Positions 12,300-26,046 of a stretch of DNA of 64,000 nt are shown piece by piece (the first letter of the stretch is position 1; each line of letters begins with the position of its first letter). The position numbers and the translations under genes were made by a program. The stretch covers positions 7,812,001 through 7,876,000 of the forward strand of contig JAWMAR010000076.1 in the NCBI GenBank assembly GCA_036785375.1, given 5' to 3'. The stretch comes from Leucoraja ocellata. Its lineage: Eukaryota. The notes below the pieces were generated by a model. That model was not told where the DNA came from and made no database searches. It worked only from the letters and a program-made list of their open reading frames with translations.

Positions 12300-14079
12300 G
12301 TAAGTCTCACTAACCTGCTGATCAACTTGTATAATTTCAGAGGATAAATCAGCACAGACATTAAAACTACAAATCAGGCAATTGGCAATCAACATGAGCA
12401 AGGTTTAGACCATTGATCCCAAATCTGCCAGGGTAGTGAGAAAGGCTCCCTCAGCACTACCCTGGCACAAAATTGTGTGTTACATACAGAGTAAAACTTT
12501 CTCAACACTATCCCATTGAGCATATTTCAAGTTAAGGGCTTTTGTAGGTTTTGCTACAATGTGTGTTCCCATTATGGATGGCATAAGCAGAGGGCGGCAC
12601 GGTGGGGCAGCTGGTAGAGCTGCTGTCTCACAGTGCTGGAGACCTGGGTTTGATCCTGACCTCGGGTGCTGTCTGCACAAGGTTTGCAGCTTCTCCCTGT
12701 GACCACATGGGGTTCCTTCTAAACACAAAGACACACGGAATTGTAGGTTAATTGACCTATATAAATTACGCCTATTGAGTAGGGATTGGATGAGAAAGTA
12801 AGATAACATAGAAATAGTGTGAATGGGTAATTGATGGTCAGCATGGACTCAATGGGCCAAAGTGTCTGTTTCCATGGTATCTCTAAACAGTGCTAATTAT
12901 ATATTACGCATGATGAATTAGGGAATACAACTTGTATCAGGTGGGCTCAATTAGTTATAATACAATTTTGATCAGGAACTAACGGCCATTTAAAATTCAC
13001 TTTATTTATTTAATTATTTCGAACAGAATAAAATAATAAAAAGCAAGTGTGAAATAGCATACAAAAAACAAAACAAGAATATTTATAAAGTGTCATAAAC
13101 AATATCTATAAATAAATGAAATCGTATGTGTCCGAAAAGGAGCAGGAAGAAGCCAAGGCTTATTAATTCCCACCCCTTATTCAACTGCTTATAATTATCT
13201 TATACAAATTTTGCAGCTATATGTACACCATATGTACACCAGCAGCTATATGTACACCAAATTATTTACATTTATACACTATTCAAGTATTTACAAAGCC
13301 ATACAAAAAAGAGAGAAAACAAGAAAAAAGAAAAAACCCTCATATACTATACAGTATCTTAGTCAAATATACAACCCATCACCCGTTGAAAATTGATAAG
13401 CCGGAAAAGGTTGTTTTGGAAAAAAACAGTGTAAGGGAAAAAAAGATTTCCGTGTAACCTCCCCACAGTAACAAGAACCATTGTCTCTTAAGAACAGAAG
13501 ACTGTGGCGGTCACATCATTGGGTATTTTTAAACAGAGTTTGACAGATTCTTGATTATTAAAGGCGTCAAAGGTTATGAGGAGAAAGCAGGAGAATGGAG
13601 TTGCGAAGGAAAGATAGATCAACCATGATTGAATGGTGGAGTAGATTCGATGGGCCGAATGACCTAATTCTATTCCTCTGACATGAACTTGTGAACATAG
13701 TCAGTCAGTTTGACAGCGGGTTGTCATTGACATTGTTTCTATTGACACTTGTGTAATGATATGGTATTAACCAATGTAACATGCAGCCTTTAGCATTTTT
13801 AGCTTGCAGTAGAATATATAAACTTATAGCTATTAAAAAACTTAACTTTAGTTATGAAAGTCCTGCTCCTCGTGCCTGTGCTGATAGCAGGAAATTGGTT
13901 ATCCCAGGGACTCCACTAGCTTAGACTCAGTTTAATCAGTTTGAAGTTAACCTCTCACTAATGTTGGAAGACAGCTGGTTTAGACTGAGCCAGGATGAGG
14001 CAATCCATTGCAAGTGTAAGCACCTGTTTTCTCCTTGTGCGGTGTGGTGGGAGTGCTGCCCTGTGTTTCCTGGTTGCAG

Positions 14080-15103
14080 TGCGGATGGTGAGTTTGCCGT
14101 GACACACATGACCAAGGCTCACCTCTTCTCCGCCGGACGGGTCCAGTGGATTCCCCCAGCCATCTACAAGAGCTCCTGCAACATCGACGTCACCTTCTTC
14201 CCCTTCGACCAGCAGAACTGCAAGATGAAGTTCGGCTCCTGGACCCACGACAAGTCCAAGATTGATCTGCGGAACATGGACAGGAACGTAGACCTGAAGG
14301 ACTACTGGGAGAGTGGCGAGTGGGCCATTGTCAATGCTGTGGGCATCTACAACAGCAAGAAGTACGATTGTTGCTACGAAATCTATGTCGATATTACGTA
14401 CTCCTTCATCATTAGGAGGCTCCCGCTCTTCTACACAATTAACCTGATCATCCCCTGCCTTCTCATCTCCTGCCTCACCGTCCTGGTCTTCTACCTCCCC
14501 TCGGGCTGTGGGGAGAAGATCACCCTTTGTATCTCGGTCCTGCTCTCTCTTACTGTCTTCCTGCTGCTGATCACGGAGATCATTCCCTCCACCTCCCTGG
14601 TCATCCCTTTAATTGGCGAGTACCTGCTCTTCACCATGATCTTCGTCACCCTCTCCATTGTCATCACAGTCTTCGTCCTCAACGTCCACCACCGTTCGCC
14701 CAACACCCACAAGATGCACCGGTGGGTCCGCAGGGTGTTCCTGGAATTTATTCCCCGCTGGCTCTTCATGAGGAGACCGGGACGCCAGGCGGAGACCATC
14801 GCCAACCACCTCGGGCTGCAGGGGCCCTGCCAGGGATGCCCACGGTCCGAGCTCAGGGACTCCAGCACCAGCTTGGCGTTGTGCCAGGCGAGGTCGCCGC
14901 TGGGCCTGCACGCCCGTGGCTGCCAGAGCCACCTGGAGACTGGCATGTGCCCGGGAGGGAGAGCAGACCATGGCTGGAGGAGCTGTCCCAGTGGGAGCAT
15001 GGAGGCCGAGTCCAACCCGCTCCTGTCTGCCAACATCCTCCGGGCGCTGGAGGGCGTGAACTACATCGCCAACCACCTGCGGGCGGAGGACGCAGACTTC
15101 TCG
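14080..15103 (+). CDS. CHRNA2: nAChR alpha-2, large exon (Cys-loop, loop C vicinal CC, M1-M3, intracellular loop)
   Basis: ttgcag|T GCG GAT ... TCG|gtgggt. Encodes [34 protein letters not shown], and M2 [17 protein letters not shown]. Core of ORF 13961..15238. Confidence 0.96.
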
Positions 15104-18100
15104 GTGGGTATGGGGTGGGTGGGGAGCAGGTTTGGCGGGGGAGCTGGGAGAGTTGGGGGGGGGTGTGGGCAACAGGAGCATGAGGCTCTGGGAGGATTAT
15201 GTGGTGAGAGGGTCAGGGTAGGGCAAACAGGGAGGTGATGGGAAGTTTGGGACATCGGCATGGGTTTGGGTGGAGGAAGAGATAATGGCTGGGAACATTG
15301 TGGTGGTTGGAGGATGAGGTAGAGACCAGAGGTAGCAGAGTCAGGTAGACTGGGGCAGGAGGTGCATGGTTTGGTGAAGGACAGAAACATATGGCTGGGT
15401 GATTGCGGAGTGGCTGTGGGGTTTGCAGTTGATCAGGTTTAGGGGCTGGAGTGGGGAAGGAGCAAGGCAGGTGCTTAGGAGGCTTCCTGGCCCATGGAGA
15501 ACATGGACTAATAGATGGGCTTGCATATTAAGATATTGATTGCTTTTTAAAGTTCTTGGAACAGAGCAGTATTGTCAGTTCACAAAGTAATTATAGCTAC
15601 AAAATCACTCTGCTGTAATGATACAAAACAGGCAGATGGTCCATAGTAAATGTGGAGACTCCCTCACATTGGGTTGGGTCAGTTGGGCAGGAACAGTAAT
15701 CAACAGGAATCAATTCTTTAGTCAGAGGATGGTGAATCTGTGGAATTCTTTGCCACCGAAGGCCGTGGAGGCAAAGTCAGTGGAAATATTTAAGGCATAG
15801 ATAGATTCTTGACTAGTTCAGGTGTCAGAGGTTATGGGGAGAAGGCAGCAGAATGGGGTTAGGAGGGAGAGATAGAGCAGCCATGATTGAATGGCGGAGT
15901 AGACTTGATGGGCCGAATTCTACTCCTATCACATGATCTTAAAAACCATAGGCCACAATGGCCTTCATCTTCTCCATTCATCAAGGTGTTAAACTGACAC
16001 AAAGATAGAGGATCTAACTCACAGTAGCTGCCGACTTAACCTTTGCATACAAGTTCGCAGTCTGGGCTCGCAGTCTTTTCAAGGGCTCGCAGCCTGTCAC
16101 TATTCTAATTATATCAACCCATTGATGAATAAATCCCAATCGGCCAGATCCCACGACCAACTCCCCCTTTGTGGGTAATGTAGTAATGACCCATCTCATA
16201 TCTTGCTTAACTCAAGTGGTCTTTGTGCACCCTGTGTTGGCACAGGGCTGCACCATTGTGTACAATGCCTGAGAGCCTGGTTCAATCCTGACTACGGGTA
16301 CTTTCAGTACAGAGTTTGTATGTTCTCCCCATCACCTGCGTGGGTTTTCCCCGGGTGCTTTGGTTTCCTCCCTCACTTAAAAGACGTACAGGTTTGTAGC
16401 TAAATTAGCTTTGGTAAATATTGTAAATTGTCCCTTGTGTGTAGGATAGTGTTAATGAATGGGGATCGCTGGTCAGTGTGGACTTGGTGGGCCAATGGAC
16501 TTGTTTCCATGTTTTTAATGTCAAAGAACACTGTCTCATCACCCTTTTCTCTGACCATGAGATGCCACGTTAATGTAGTTAATATTTTCATGCGATTAAT
16601 ACCATATTCCTAACAAGTTTTCATGTAACTTTCAGCTTATTAGTGACTTTGCACCCAAAACTCTGCTTCCTAGAACCCTATCAATAGTTTACTTCTGACA
16701 GTAACATAGCCTCTCAGAGCACAACAAAGTGATTGAATTTCCTCCCTCACACCCATCTCCAACAACATCATCCCACAAAGGCCTAGTTTGCATTCACTGA
16801 ACCTGGTCTATGTGCTGAGTATCAGGGAGGTACAATGGGGACATTCCTCACATCCTCTCATCAAACTTCTCTGAGTCATCGCATAACGATTTAAGTGTCG
16901 CCTCTATGTTGAGTAGTTCTGTGGAACAGAGGGGAGAGCCACTGCCTCACAGTACCAGCAATCGAGGTTCAATCAGACCTCCCATACTTTCTTTTTGTGG
17001 AGTTTGCATGTTCTCATTGTGACCGCTTGCGTTCCTTCTGGGTACTATGGTTTCCTCCCACATCCCAAAGACGTGCAGATCAGTGGGATAATTTTCTGCT
17101 ATGAATTGCCATAGTGTCTAGGCATGTGGTAGAGCTTGGGAAGAGTTGATGGGAATTTGGGGAGAATAAAAAAAAGTGGGTTTAATGTAGGATTAGTGTA
17201 AATGGTTGTGTAAATTCATGTAAATGATCAGCATGGACTCAAGAGTGGGCCAAGGTCCTGTTTATGTGCTGTGTCCCTCCACGATTGGTTCTGGCAGCAC
17301 ACATAGTCACCTATTCCAGTTCAGTCAGGGAAAGGTTTCCATCTCTGGATAGACCTGTGGCAAAACAACTCATCAGATGATCCAGTGCTCTAAACAGCAG
17401 CGGAATCTGTAGCAGGTTCATGAGATACTGCTCAGAACTCAACCACTGAGGAACTTTGGTTTAATCCTTTTCTGGGGCTGGTGCTAGGATAGGATTATGG
17501 CAGAGATTTTCGNNNNNNNNNNNNNNNNNNNNNNNNNNNNNNNNNNNNNNNNNNNNNNNNNNNNNNNNNNNNNNNNNNNNNNNNNNNNNNNNNNNNNNNN
17601 NNNNNNNNNNNNNNNNNNNNNNNNNNNNNNNNNNNNNNNNNNNNNNNNNNNNNNNNNNNNNNNNNNNNNNNNNNNNNNNNNNNNNNNNNNNNNNNNNNNN
17701 NNNNNNNNNNNNNNNNNNNNNNNNNNNNNNNNNNNNNNNNNNNNNNNNNNNNNNNNNNNNNNNNNNNNNNNNNNNNNNNNNNNNNNNNNNNNNNNNNNNN
17801 NNNNNNNNNNNNNNNNNNNNNNNNNNNNNNNNNNNNNNNNNNNNNNNNNNNNNNNNNNNNNNNNNNNNNNNNNNNNNNNNNNNNNNNNNNNNNNNNNNNN
17901 NNNNNNNNNNNNNNNNNNNNNNNNNNNNNNNNNNNNNNNNNNNNNNNNNNNNNNNNNNNNNNNNNNNNNNNNNNNNNNNNNNGGAGGGGTGACCCGACAG
18001 AATCTTGAATTCTCACTGCCTTTTCCCTGAGTAGGAGATCCATAACTAGGCGGACATACAACCGTTTTAAGGTGAGAATACGTTTAATAAAGTGAGACAT

Positions 18101-19163
18101 GGGTATAAAGGGGACCTGAGGAGCAACATTTTCACTTGCAGAATACTCTTCCAGCTTTCTCTCCCCCTGACCCCCCCCCCCCCACCCCACACTCCTGCAA
18201 TCATTCTGAAGAAGGGTTCCGACCCAAAATGCCACATATCCTTGGTCGCCTGGAATGCTGCTTGACCCGCTGAGTTACTCCAGCATTTTGTTCTTTCCTT
18301 GGTAAGCCAGCATCTGCAGTTCCTTGTTTCTACAGTGGGCACATGGCACGAGCTACCAGAAGAAGTGGTAGGGATGGATATATTCACAATGTTTAAAAGG
18401 CACTTGGATAGGTTTATGGATAGGAAGGGTTTCAAGGGACACGGGCCAAACACAAGCAAATGGGTCCAGCTCATGGAAACAAGTTGGTCAGTATGGATAG
18501 TTGGGCCAAAGGGCCTGTATCTCTGCCTTATAACTATGGTTCTGTGTCTTTGAAAGGAGCACATATTTGGAAGTGGAAGAGGAAACCACTAGGTGACTGG
18601 AAAGTGGAACTCGCCATTGTGGGAAATGCCAAAAGCAGACATATATCTGCACTAGAAAATTAGATACATATATGCGAACAGGGAGGAAATGGTAGGCTGA
18701 GTCAATGCAGTTACATGCTGAGCATAAATACTGCTGCTGGCTGGGCTAAATGGGCTCTTTCTGTGCTCCATATAACAAATCTATTATGTTTGTAAATGTA
18801 ACAAAAACGCCTCATGAATGTGCTCCCTAATATTGCTGGCAGTAGGGTCCAGGAGATCAATACTTCGTTCCCAATGAATTCTGGAACTATTGGGCAGGTT
18901 GTAATACAGAACGTCCAAGGCTTTCTCCATTCCACATCACTCGTTGATGTGACTGGAATATCCCACAAGGAATCTACCAGGAACACATCGGACTTTGCCC
19001 TGAGAACCCGGGAAACCTGGAGATTCTAGTCGAGACCCTGTCTCCTGAATAGTGGATGCTGGAAAAGATCTCTGTTAAGATGAGTAGGCGGCAGATATCC
19101 TCACACAGCAACATGCCACATTTCCCCTAATTTTAACCTGACTTTATTCCTTCTCCTCTGTGA

Positions 19164-19295
<132 letters not shown>

Positions 19296-19473
19296 AGGGT
19301 GCCATGTGCAAGGTGGGAAGAATATGGAGGGTGCACATCACCCAACAACCAGTCCCGCCCTCTGATGACCCAGGGCTCAGGGAAGAGGTTATCCAGTGAC
19401 CCACACACTGAACCCCAACACACTCTTGCTTTCACCCACGAGCATTATCAATATAGCGTTTGGATGGAAACAC

Positions 19474-19487
19474 ATTAAAAAAATAAA
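19474..19487 (+). terminator. Candidate polyadenylation signals of CHRNA2
   Basis: ATTAAA (19474-79) and AATAAA (19482-87) about 180 nt after the stop, followed by a GT-rich tract. Confidence 0.5.
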
Positions 19488-20999
19488 AAAAAGATTTAAA
19501 AATTGTTGATTTGTGGTTCATTGAAAATCCTATCATTAGCTTGATACTTTTTCAATGTGATAGAATATTCCATAACATTTCTGCATCTCTCAGCTCTTTT
19601 TGATGACTGGAAACGTAGGAAGAGTTTTGGATTTCCACCAAGGAAACGTCACCTATTCTCTCATCACCTTCCTCATTGACCTGAGTGAGGAAGACTGCAG
19701 ATGCCATCCATCACGGCCAGTAACCTTCCCCCCAACTTCCTGGGCCCCAATGCAATAACATTCTGCTTTCTGGTACTGGGAATTTATGAGACGTTTGGAT
19801 AGGCACATGGATATGCAGGGAATGGAGGGATATGGATTACGTACTGGCAGTGTTGGCCTTGGCATCATGTTTGGCACAGACATTGTGCGGCAAAGGACCT
19901 ATTCTCGTGCTTTGTTCTATGTTTTATGAGTAAATCCGATCCTTCAGCCTCAATGTTACCATTCAATAACCCACACCCTGTGGAATTCACTGCCACAGAA
20001 GGCTGTGATGGCCAAGTTAATGGATATTTTGAAGGCAGAGATAGATAGATTCTTGATTAGTGTGGGTGCCAGGGATTATGGGGAGAAGGCAGGAGAATGA
20101 GGTTAGGAGAGAGCAATAGAACAGCCATGATTGGATGGTGGAGTAGACTTAATGGGCCAAATGGCCTAATTCTACTCCTATCACTGATGACCTTATGGCC
20201 CCCTGTTCTTCCAATCCCAATGGTCCACATAGGATCTCTTATCTTTTCTTCACTTTTTCCAACACCCCTCCCTCCTTTACTGAGACTCATCACCCTCCTT
20301 CCAACTGCTTCCAACTGCCCATCATCTACACATATCCACCTCATCTCCCTTGGTTTACCCTTCATATCTCTTTCCCGACCTGGCACCATCTGCTCCTTGC
20401 CTCTTGCACACTTGGTTCCAGTACTGTCGCCTTGGATATCGTGTATATTTCGTGTTTTTATCTTTTTGCAAGCAAAGCACCAAGGCAAATTCCTTGTATG
20501 TATACATACTTGGCTAGTAAAATTGTATTCAATACAATTCAATTAAATCCGTTCCTTCACCTGTTCTTGGTGGCCAGTTCCAGGTTCCCAGGATGCTGAC
20601 GGTGGGTGACTCAGTGAAAGTGATTCCATTGACTATCAAATGGAAGTGATTTAAACTTCTTGTGGATATTGCCATGGCTTGATATTTCCATGACCCAAAT
20701 GTTGCTTGCCACATATTAACCCATGCCTAAGTATTATCTGGGTTTTGCATGATGAGACATGGACCGTTGCATTCACTTAAGAGTTGGATCTTGATCAGCA
20801 AGAAAAGTTGTGCCAGAGGGCGTCTTTCTGTGCTGTACACCTCTATGATTTTATAACTGTGACACTTCAGCGGATTTATTTACCTTTTTGCCCCTCAAGA
20901 CTGCCAACAGCTCCTCTTTTGTAAAGTGGATGTTTCAAATCATCTCTGTTCTCTTCTTTGAATTCCCTAGCTTCCATTACCGTCTCCACTGATAAGACC

Positions 21000-21600
21000 A
21001 TAGGAACATAAGAGCAGAATAAGGCCATTCGACCCTTTGACTCTGCTTCACCATCTCATCATGGCTGCACTTTTTTCCCCTCTCAACACCATTGTTCTGT
21101 CTTCTCCCCATAACCTTTGATGACATTACAAATAAAAAATAATGAAGCTCCACTTTAAAAATACTCAATGACTTGGTGTCCCCTGTCATCTGTTACAATG
21201 AATTCCACAGATTCACCACCATTTGGCTAAAGAAATTTATCCTCATATCAATTCTTGAGGTGTGTCCTTTTATTCTGAGTTTGTGCCCTCTAGTCCTAGA
21301 TCTACCCACTACAGGAAACATATTTTCACATTCACTTCAGTTCTTTCATTATTCGGTAGGTTTTAATCAGATCTCCTCTCATCCTTCTAAATTCCAGTAA
21401 GTACATTCCCAGAACCTTCAAATGCACACCATACATCAACCCAATTATCCCTGGGATCATTCTCGTAAACCCCGGACCTGCTCCAATGCCAGTACGTCCT
21501 TCCTCAGATGTGCGGCCCAAAACTGCTCAGAATGATCGAAATAAAGTGTCTTATAAAACCTCAGCATTTCATCCTTGTTTTTATATTCTAGTGTTCTTCA
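21000..21600 (-). mobile_element. CR1 LINE 3' fragment
   Basis: FTRMIPG...LEFRRMRGDLIKTYRI on the minus strand, plus 3' UTR. Confidence 0.75.
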
Positions 21601-22254
21601 AAATGAATGCTTCTTCTTATCGAGTCCACACACAAGATTAGAAGTTGTTCAGCCAGAGCTGAACACACTTCTCGGCATCTGCATACAATGGGATCTGTCT
21701 TGCGCTTCATGTGCTTCTTGTGCGTTGTGGTGGAAAGATTGGTGAAAACAGGGCCAAGACGTGAACGTTCTTTCCTTGACCCCAAATGAATGCTAACAAT
21801 GCATTTGCCAATCTGCAAATTATCCATGATGGAGCAGGTCTTTCTGCTCCATCATGCCCAAGTCCCTTTGCATCTCTGAATTCTGAATCCTCTCACCATT
21901 TAGAAAAAATGCATGACCCTACACTTTACTATACCGTAGCCCATCTGCCAATTCTTTGCCCACTCTTCTAACCTGTTCAAAACCTTCTGCAGCCATCCTG
22001 CCCCTCAACCTATCTTTGTATCATCTGCAAACTTGGCCACAAAGCCATCAATTCTATCATCCATATCTGTAACTTAAAACGTGAATAGTAGTGGACCCAA
22101 CATCGACTCCTGCAGAACACCACTATTCAGAAAATGTCCGTTTATTCCCGCTCTTTGCCTTCTGCTAGTCAGCCTATCTTCAATCCATGCCAGTACCCTT
22201 GCATATAATACCATAGGCTCCAAAATTGTTTAGCAGCCTCATGTACAACTGTTA

Positions 22255-22620
22255 TAGAGGTGCATATTGATCTTATAGAGGTGTATAATATCATGAGAGG
22301 AATAGATTGGGTAGACACAGAGTCTCTTTCCCAGAGATGGGGAATTGAGAACCAGGGGACATAGGTTTAAAGTGAGGTGGGAATGGTTTAATAGGAACCT
22401 GAGGGGTAACTTTTTCACACAAAGTGTGGTGGGTGTATGGAACGAGTTGCTGGAGGAAGTTGTTGAGGCAGGGACTATTGCAACATTTAAGAAACAATTA
22501 GACAGACGCATGGATAGGACAGGTTTAAAGGGATATGGGCCAAACACAGGCAGACTGGTGTAGATAGAACGTGCTGATGGGTGTGGGCAAGTTGAGTTGA
22601 AAGGCCTGTTTCCACTATGA
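22255..22620 (+). mobile_element. CR1 LINE 3' fragment
   Basis: RTRGHRFKV...NFFTQSVVGVWNEL...FKKQLD. Confidence 0.8.
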
Positions 22621-23527
22621 CCTTCTCAAAGACCATCTGAAAGTCTTCATTCAGTCTTTTAGTCTACTAGATAATCTCATAGGACTATCTACATTTTACT
22701 TGAGAAATATTTTCTGAAATATCTGAAATGAGCTGATAGATGAAGGCATTGAAGCGGATCGAATTTTTGCTTTTAAAAGAATTTGCAAAGATATTTGGAA
22801 AGGAAGAGCTTAGAGGGCTAAATGCAGGCAAATGGGACAAGCCCAATATGCAAGCTCAGTCAGCATGGGCAAAGTGGGTCAAAACGTATCCATGCAGTAC
22901 AGCTCTCTAAGAATCCAAGAATGCAGAGGGTTCAGGTGAGGGAAAGGAGTTTTAAAAGAGATCTGACAGGAAAGTTTACACATAAGGAAGTTGATATCTG
23001 GAACTCACTGCCAGAGGAGGTGGTGAAATCAGATACAATCACTACATTTAAGGCACATTTGACAGATACTTTAATAGGCAAGACATGGAAGAATACAATC
23101 CAAATGCGGGCAAATGGGATTGGTGCATTTCTGCAAGTGTGGTCAGCATGGATATGTTGTGTCGAAAGGCCTGTCTCTGTTCTATTTGAGTCCGTTTTCA
23201 CCAGTGGAAGATTTTCGAATGAATGGTCTGTGTGTTTCAAGTAATGGGAATAACTCTTAAAATCAAGGCACAAAAACACTTTGTTTAGAGATGGCAGTGA
23301 ATCTCTGGAATTCTCTACACCAGTCGGTTAGGGAAACTAAATCATTGGAAGGATTTGAAGTACAGGTAGATGGTGAGATTGTGGACTCTGGGGATCCAGC
23401 ACGGAGGAGATACAGCCCGAGGTAGATCAGCCATGATCACATTGAATGGCAGGGCAAAGTTTGAGGGGCTAAGTGACCTAGTCCTCCTCTTGCTTTCTTG
23501 TGTTTTGTCAGTGAAGCCAATATGCTA

Positions 23528-23630
23528 CGGGAAATAACCAACTTCCCTTGTGAAAGAAAAAACAGTCAGAAACACTATTGGCACTGCTTCCTCTTTCTAC
23601 ATTCCCAACTACTGCTGGAGGAAGGAAGTA
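23528..23630 (+). promoter_or_regulatory. Putative TATA-less promoter with clustered ETS (GGAA/TTCC) cores
   Basis: ACTTCC (23541), CTTCCT (23587) and GGAAGGAAGT (23620) lie just upstream of the leader ATG at 23714. Confidence 0.4.
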
Positions 23631-23713
23631 GAATGTACAGTCAGCAAGGGACATTATTGTGACCCAAGTTGAATTCTGCGCATTCACTAAACTCCGGCTA
23701 CCATTCTGTTGAG

Positions 23714-23765
23714 ATGAGCGATAAATGTCTTTTTGGTGTGACTCTCTCCATCTGTTTGGTGGTGG
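23714..23765 (+). CDS. VJ-ITAM receptor gene 1, exon 1 (signal peptide)
   Basis: MSDKCLFGVTLSICLVV-G|gtaagt. The phase-1 donor matches the phase-1 acceptor of the V exon, as in typical Ig-superfamily leader exons. Confidence 0.8.
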
Positions 23766-24341
23766 GTAAGTACCAGTGTGTTTGGGTACTGTTGGAAGTT
23801 CTATTACAGAACCTGGCATAGGATGAGATGTGGTGTGAGTCTGACATTTAGTTTAGTTTAGTTTAGTTTAAAGATACAGCACAGAGATAGGCGGTGCAAC
23901 CCACTGACTCCGAGCCGAACCCCAATCCAACTTTGTCTAAACTCCCCTTATAACCATATAACCATGTAACCATATAACAATTACAGCACGGAAACAGGCC
24001 ATCTCGGCCCTTCTAGTCCGTGCCGAATACTTATTCTCCCCTAGTCCCATCTACCTGCATTCAGACCACAACCCTCCATTCCTTTCCCGTCCATATAACT
24101 ATCCAATTTATTTTTAAATGATAAAATCGAACCTGCCTCCACCACTTTCACTCGAAGCTCATTCCACACAGCTATCACTCTCTGAGTAAAGAAGTTCCCC
24201 CTCATGTTACCCCTAAACTTCTGTCTAAACTAGCTTTCAATAATCTTCTGTACCCTCTTAAAGCCTCCACAACCTTACTGTAATGGGCTGTTCAGCACTC
24301 TACAATGCACTCCAAATGTGGACCATTTAATTGTAGCATTT

Positions 24342-24627
24342 TTTTTTTTTAATTAAAAAAATAAATATTTTTATTAGAAACAATGTACAATAATATAAAG
24401 CATGAATAACATAATACATTTCATGTACAACTTCTTGTTTTAAATTTAGTAGTAAAAAAAAGTAACAAAAGCAAGAAAAAGAGAGAAAAGGAATGTTAAA
24501 TAAAATAGTGATATTGACAGTTTATTAAAAAAAATAGAGAGAAAGAGCCCATAAAGATGTAAAGCCCGAGAGAAAAAAACAAAAGGGAGAGATGAAACAA
24601 AAAAAAAGGATAGAGAAAAAAAAAGAA
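24342..24627 (-). mobile_element. Poly(A)-tailed L1/Tx1-like 3' fragment with 15-bp TSD
   Basis: TTAATTGTAGCATTT at 24327-41 and 24628-42 flanks a poly-T-led AT-rich insert. Confidence 0.7.
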
Positions 24628-25112
24628 TTAATTGTAGCATTTATGAGACTTTTAGATAGGCACATGGATATGCAGAGGGAGGAGGGATATGGATGATGTG
24701 CATGTAGAGGAGATTAGTTTACTGCTGCATCATGCTTGGTGCAGACATTATGGGCAGAAGGGCATGTTCCTGTACTGTATTATTCTGTTCTATATTCTAA
24801 TGTTAACCATGTATCATCCAAATTGTTAATGTAGATAACAAACAACAGTGAACTCAGCACTGACCCCCACAACACTCCACTGGTCACAGACTCCCAATAA
24901 GGAAAACAACTCTAAACATATACACTTTGATTTCTTCCTCCGTCAATTTTGAATCCAATTGTTTCAGGCCCATTCCAGCCTCCTGTTCACCCCATTAATG
25001 CATCCGTTCGATTAGTTCACCACCCGTCTCACTCTGCCTCTGTCCAGTTTGGCACTGTCATTATATCCACTGGGCTCTGCTCCCTCTGACATTCACTCAC
25101 TTTTACCCACAG

Positions 25113-25475
25113 GTGTAAAGGCAAGCATGGCCCTGATACAATCCCCAGAAGCTCTGTTGGTGCATGAAGGTGAAAGGGTGGAAATCCGGTGTGCCCTGGA
25201 GAGCAGCAATGTGAACTACACTGTGGAGAAGTACCAGGGACACTGGTACAACTCACACAATCATTTGACATCGGATGGAATAATCCTCACCCTGTTCCCT
25301 GATGGTGGAGTTTACAGGTCACGAGGCTATTCTGAGCGATTTCAACTTTCCAGGAACATCACCAGTAACAGCTATTTTCTGACCATCAGAGAGGTGAAGA
25401 TCAATGACTCTGATGATTACATCTGTGGCATTTGGGGGAACACCTTTGGAAAAGGAACCCAGTTAATTGTAACCA
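25113..25475 (+). CDS. VJ-ITAM receptor gene 1, exon 2 (single V-set Ig domain with germline-joined J motif)
   Basis: ccacag|GT GTA AAG...GTA ACC A|gtgagt. Contains QSP, IRC (B-strand Cys), HWY, RFQLSR, LTI, DSDDYIC and FGKGTQLIVT. No RSS between V and J. Confidence 0.93.
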
Positions 25476-25906
25476 GTGAGTACTTTATGTTGCCTCTATT
25501 TCCACAAATGTTCCTTTGTTAACATTTCATAAGGAACCCTGATACAGTTTTTTAAGTTCCACAGAAACATTCATAATTAAAAATTTACTGAATCATTGAG
25601 TCATATGCAGGTCTGTTGACCCAACTCGTTCACACCGAGCTAGATGCCCATATACCCGTACCTTTTGCCCACATTTGACCCATATCCCCATAAATGTCTG
25701 CTATCTATGCAACTGTCCAAATGTATTTTGTCTTGATATTGTACTTGCTTCTATTAAATATACACAAATCCCATTTGCCCTCCTTTGACCCATACCCCCA
25801 TAAACCTGTACAGTCTATGCATCTGTCCAAATTTATTTTTAGTTTTGCTGTTGTACTTGCCTCAATTACTTTCATATGACTGCCATCTCACTTTAAAGCT
25901 TGCCGA

Positions 25907-26032
25907 CCAGGGACGTCACTAGTAACAGCTGCTCACTGACCACCACCATGGTGGAGGTCAATGACTCTGCTAATTATATCTGTGACATTTAGGGGAAATT
26001 CGTTGGATATGGTACCCAGCTGAATGTAACCA
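25907..26032 (+). pseudogene. Degenerate copy of the 3' half of the V-J exon
   Basis: RDVTSNSCSLTTTMVEVNDSANYICDI*GKFVGYGTQLNVT aligns to RNITSNSYFLTIREVKINDSDDYICGIWGNTFGKGTQLIVT. TAG at 25990-92 replaces the Trp codon. Confidence 0.85.
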
Positions 26033-26046
26033 GTATTGGTTCTTTA

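Noticed and set aside
13961-14079. N-terminal extension of the 425-aa ORF (and its C-terminal 15104-15238 portion)
   Set aside because: Intronic read-through; homology and splice sites bound the exon at 14080-15103.
14491-15390. Overlapping antisense and alternate-frame ORFs in the large CHRNA2 exon
   Set aside because: Shadow ORFs of GC-rich coding sequence.
17495-18235. Long ORFs spanning N runs (also near 3.6-3.9, 46 and 62.6 kb)
   Set aside because: Artefacts of assembly gaps.
25113-25475. Rearranging Ig/TCR V segment or germline-joined Ig light chain
   Set aside because: No heptamer/nonamer RSS at the V 3' end, and no C1 constant exon found before the TM exon.
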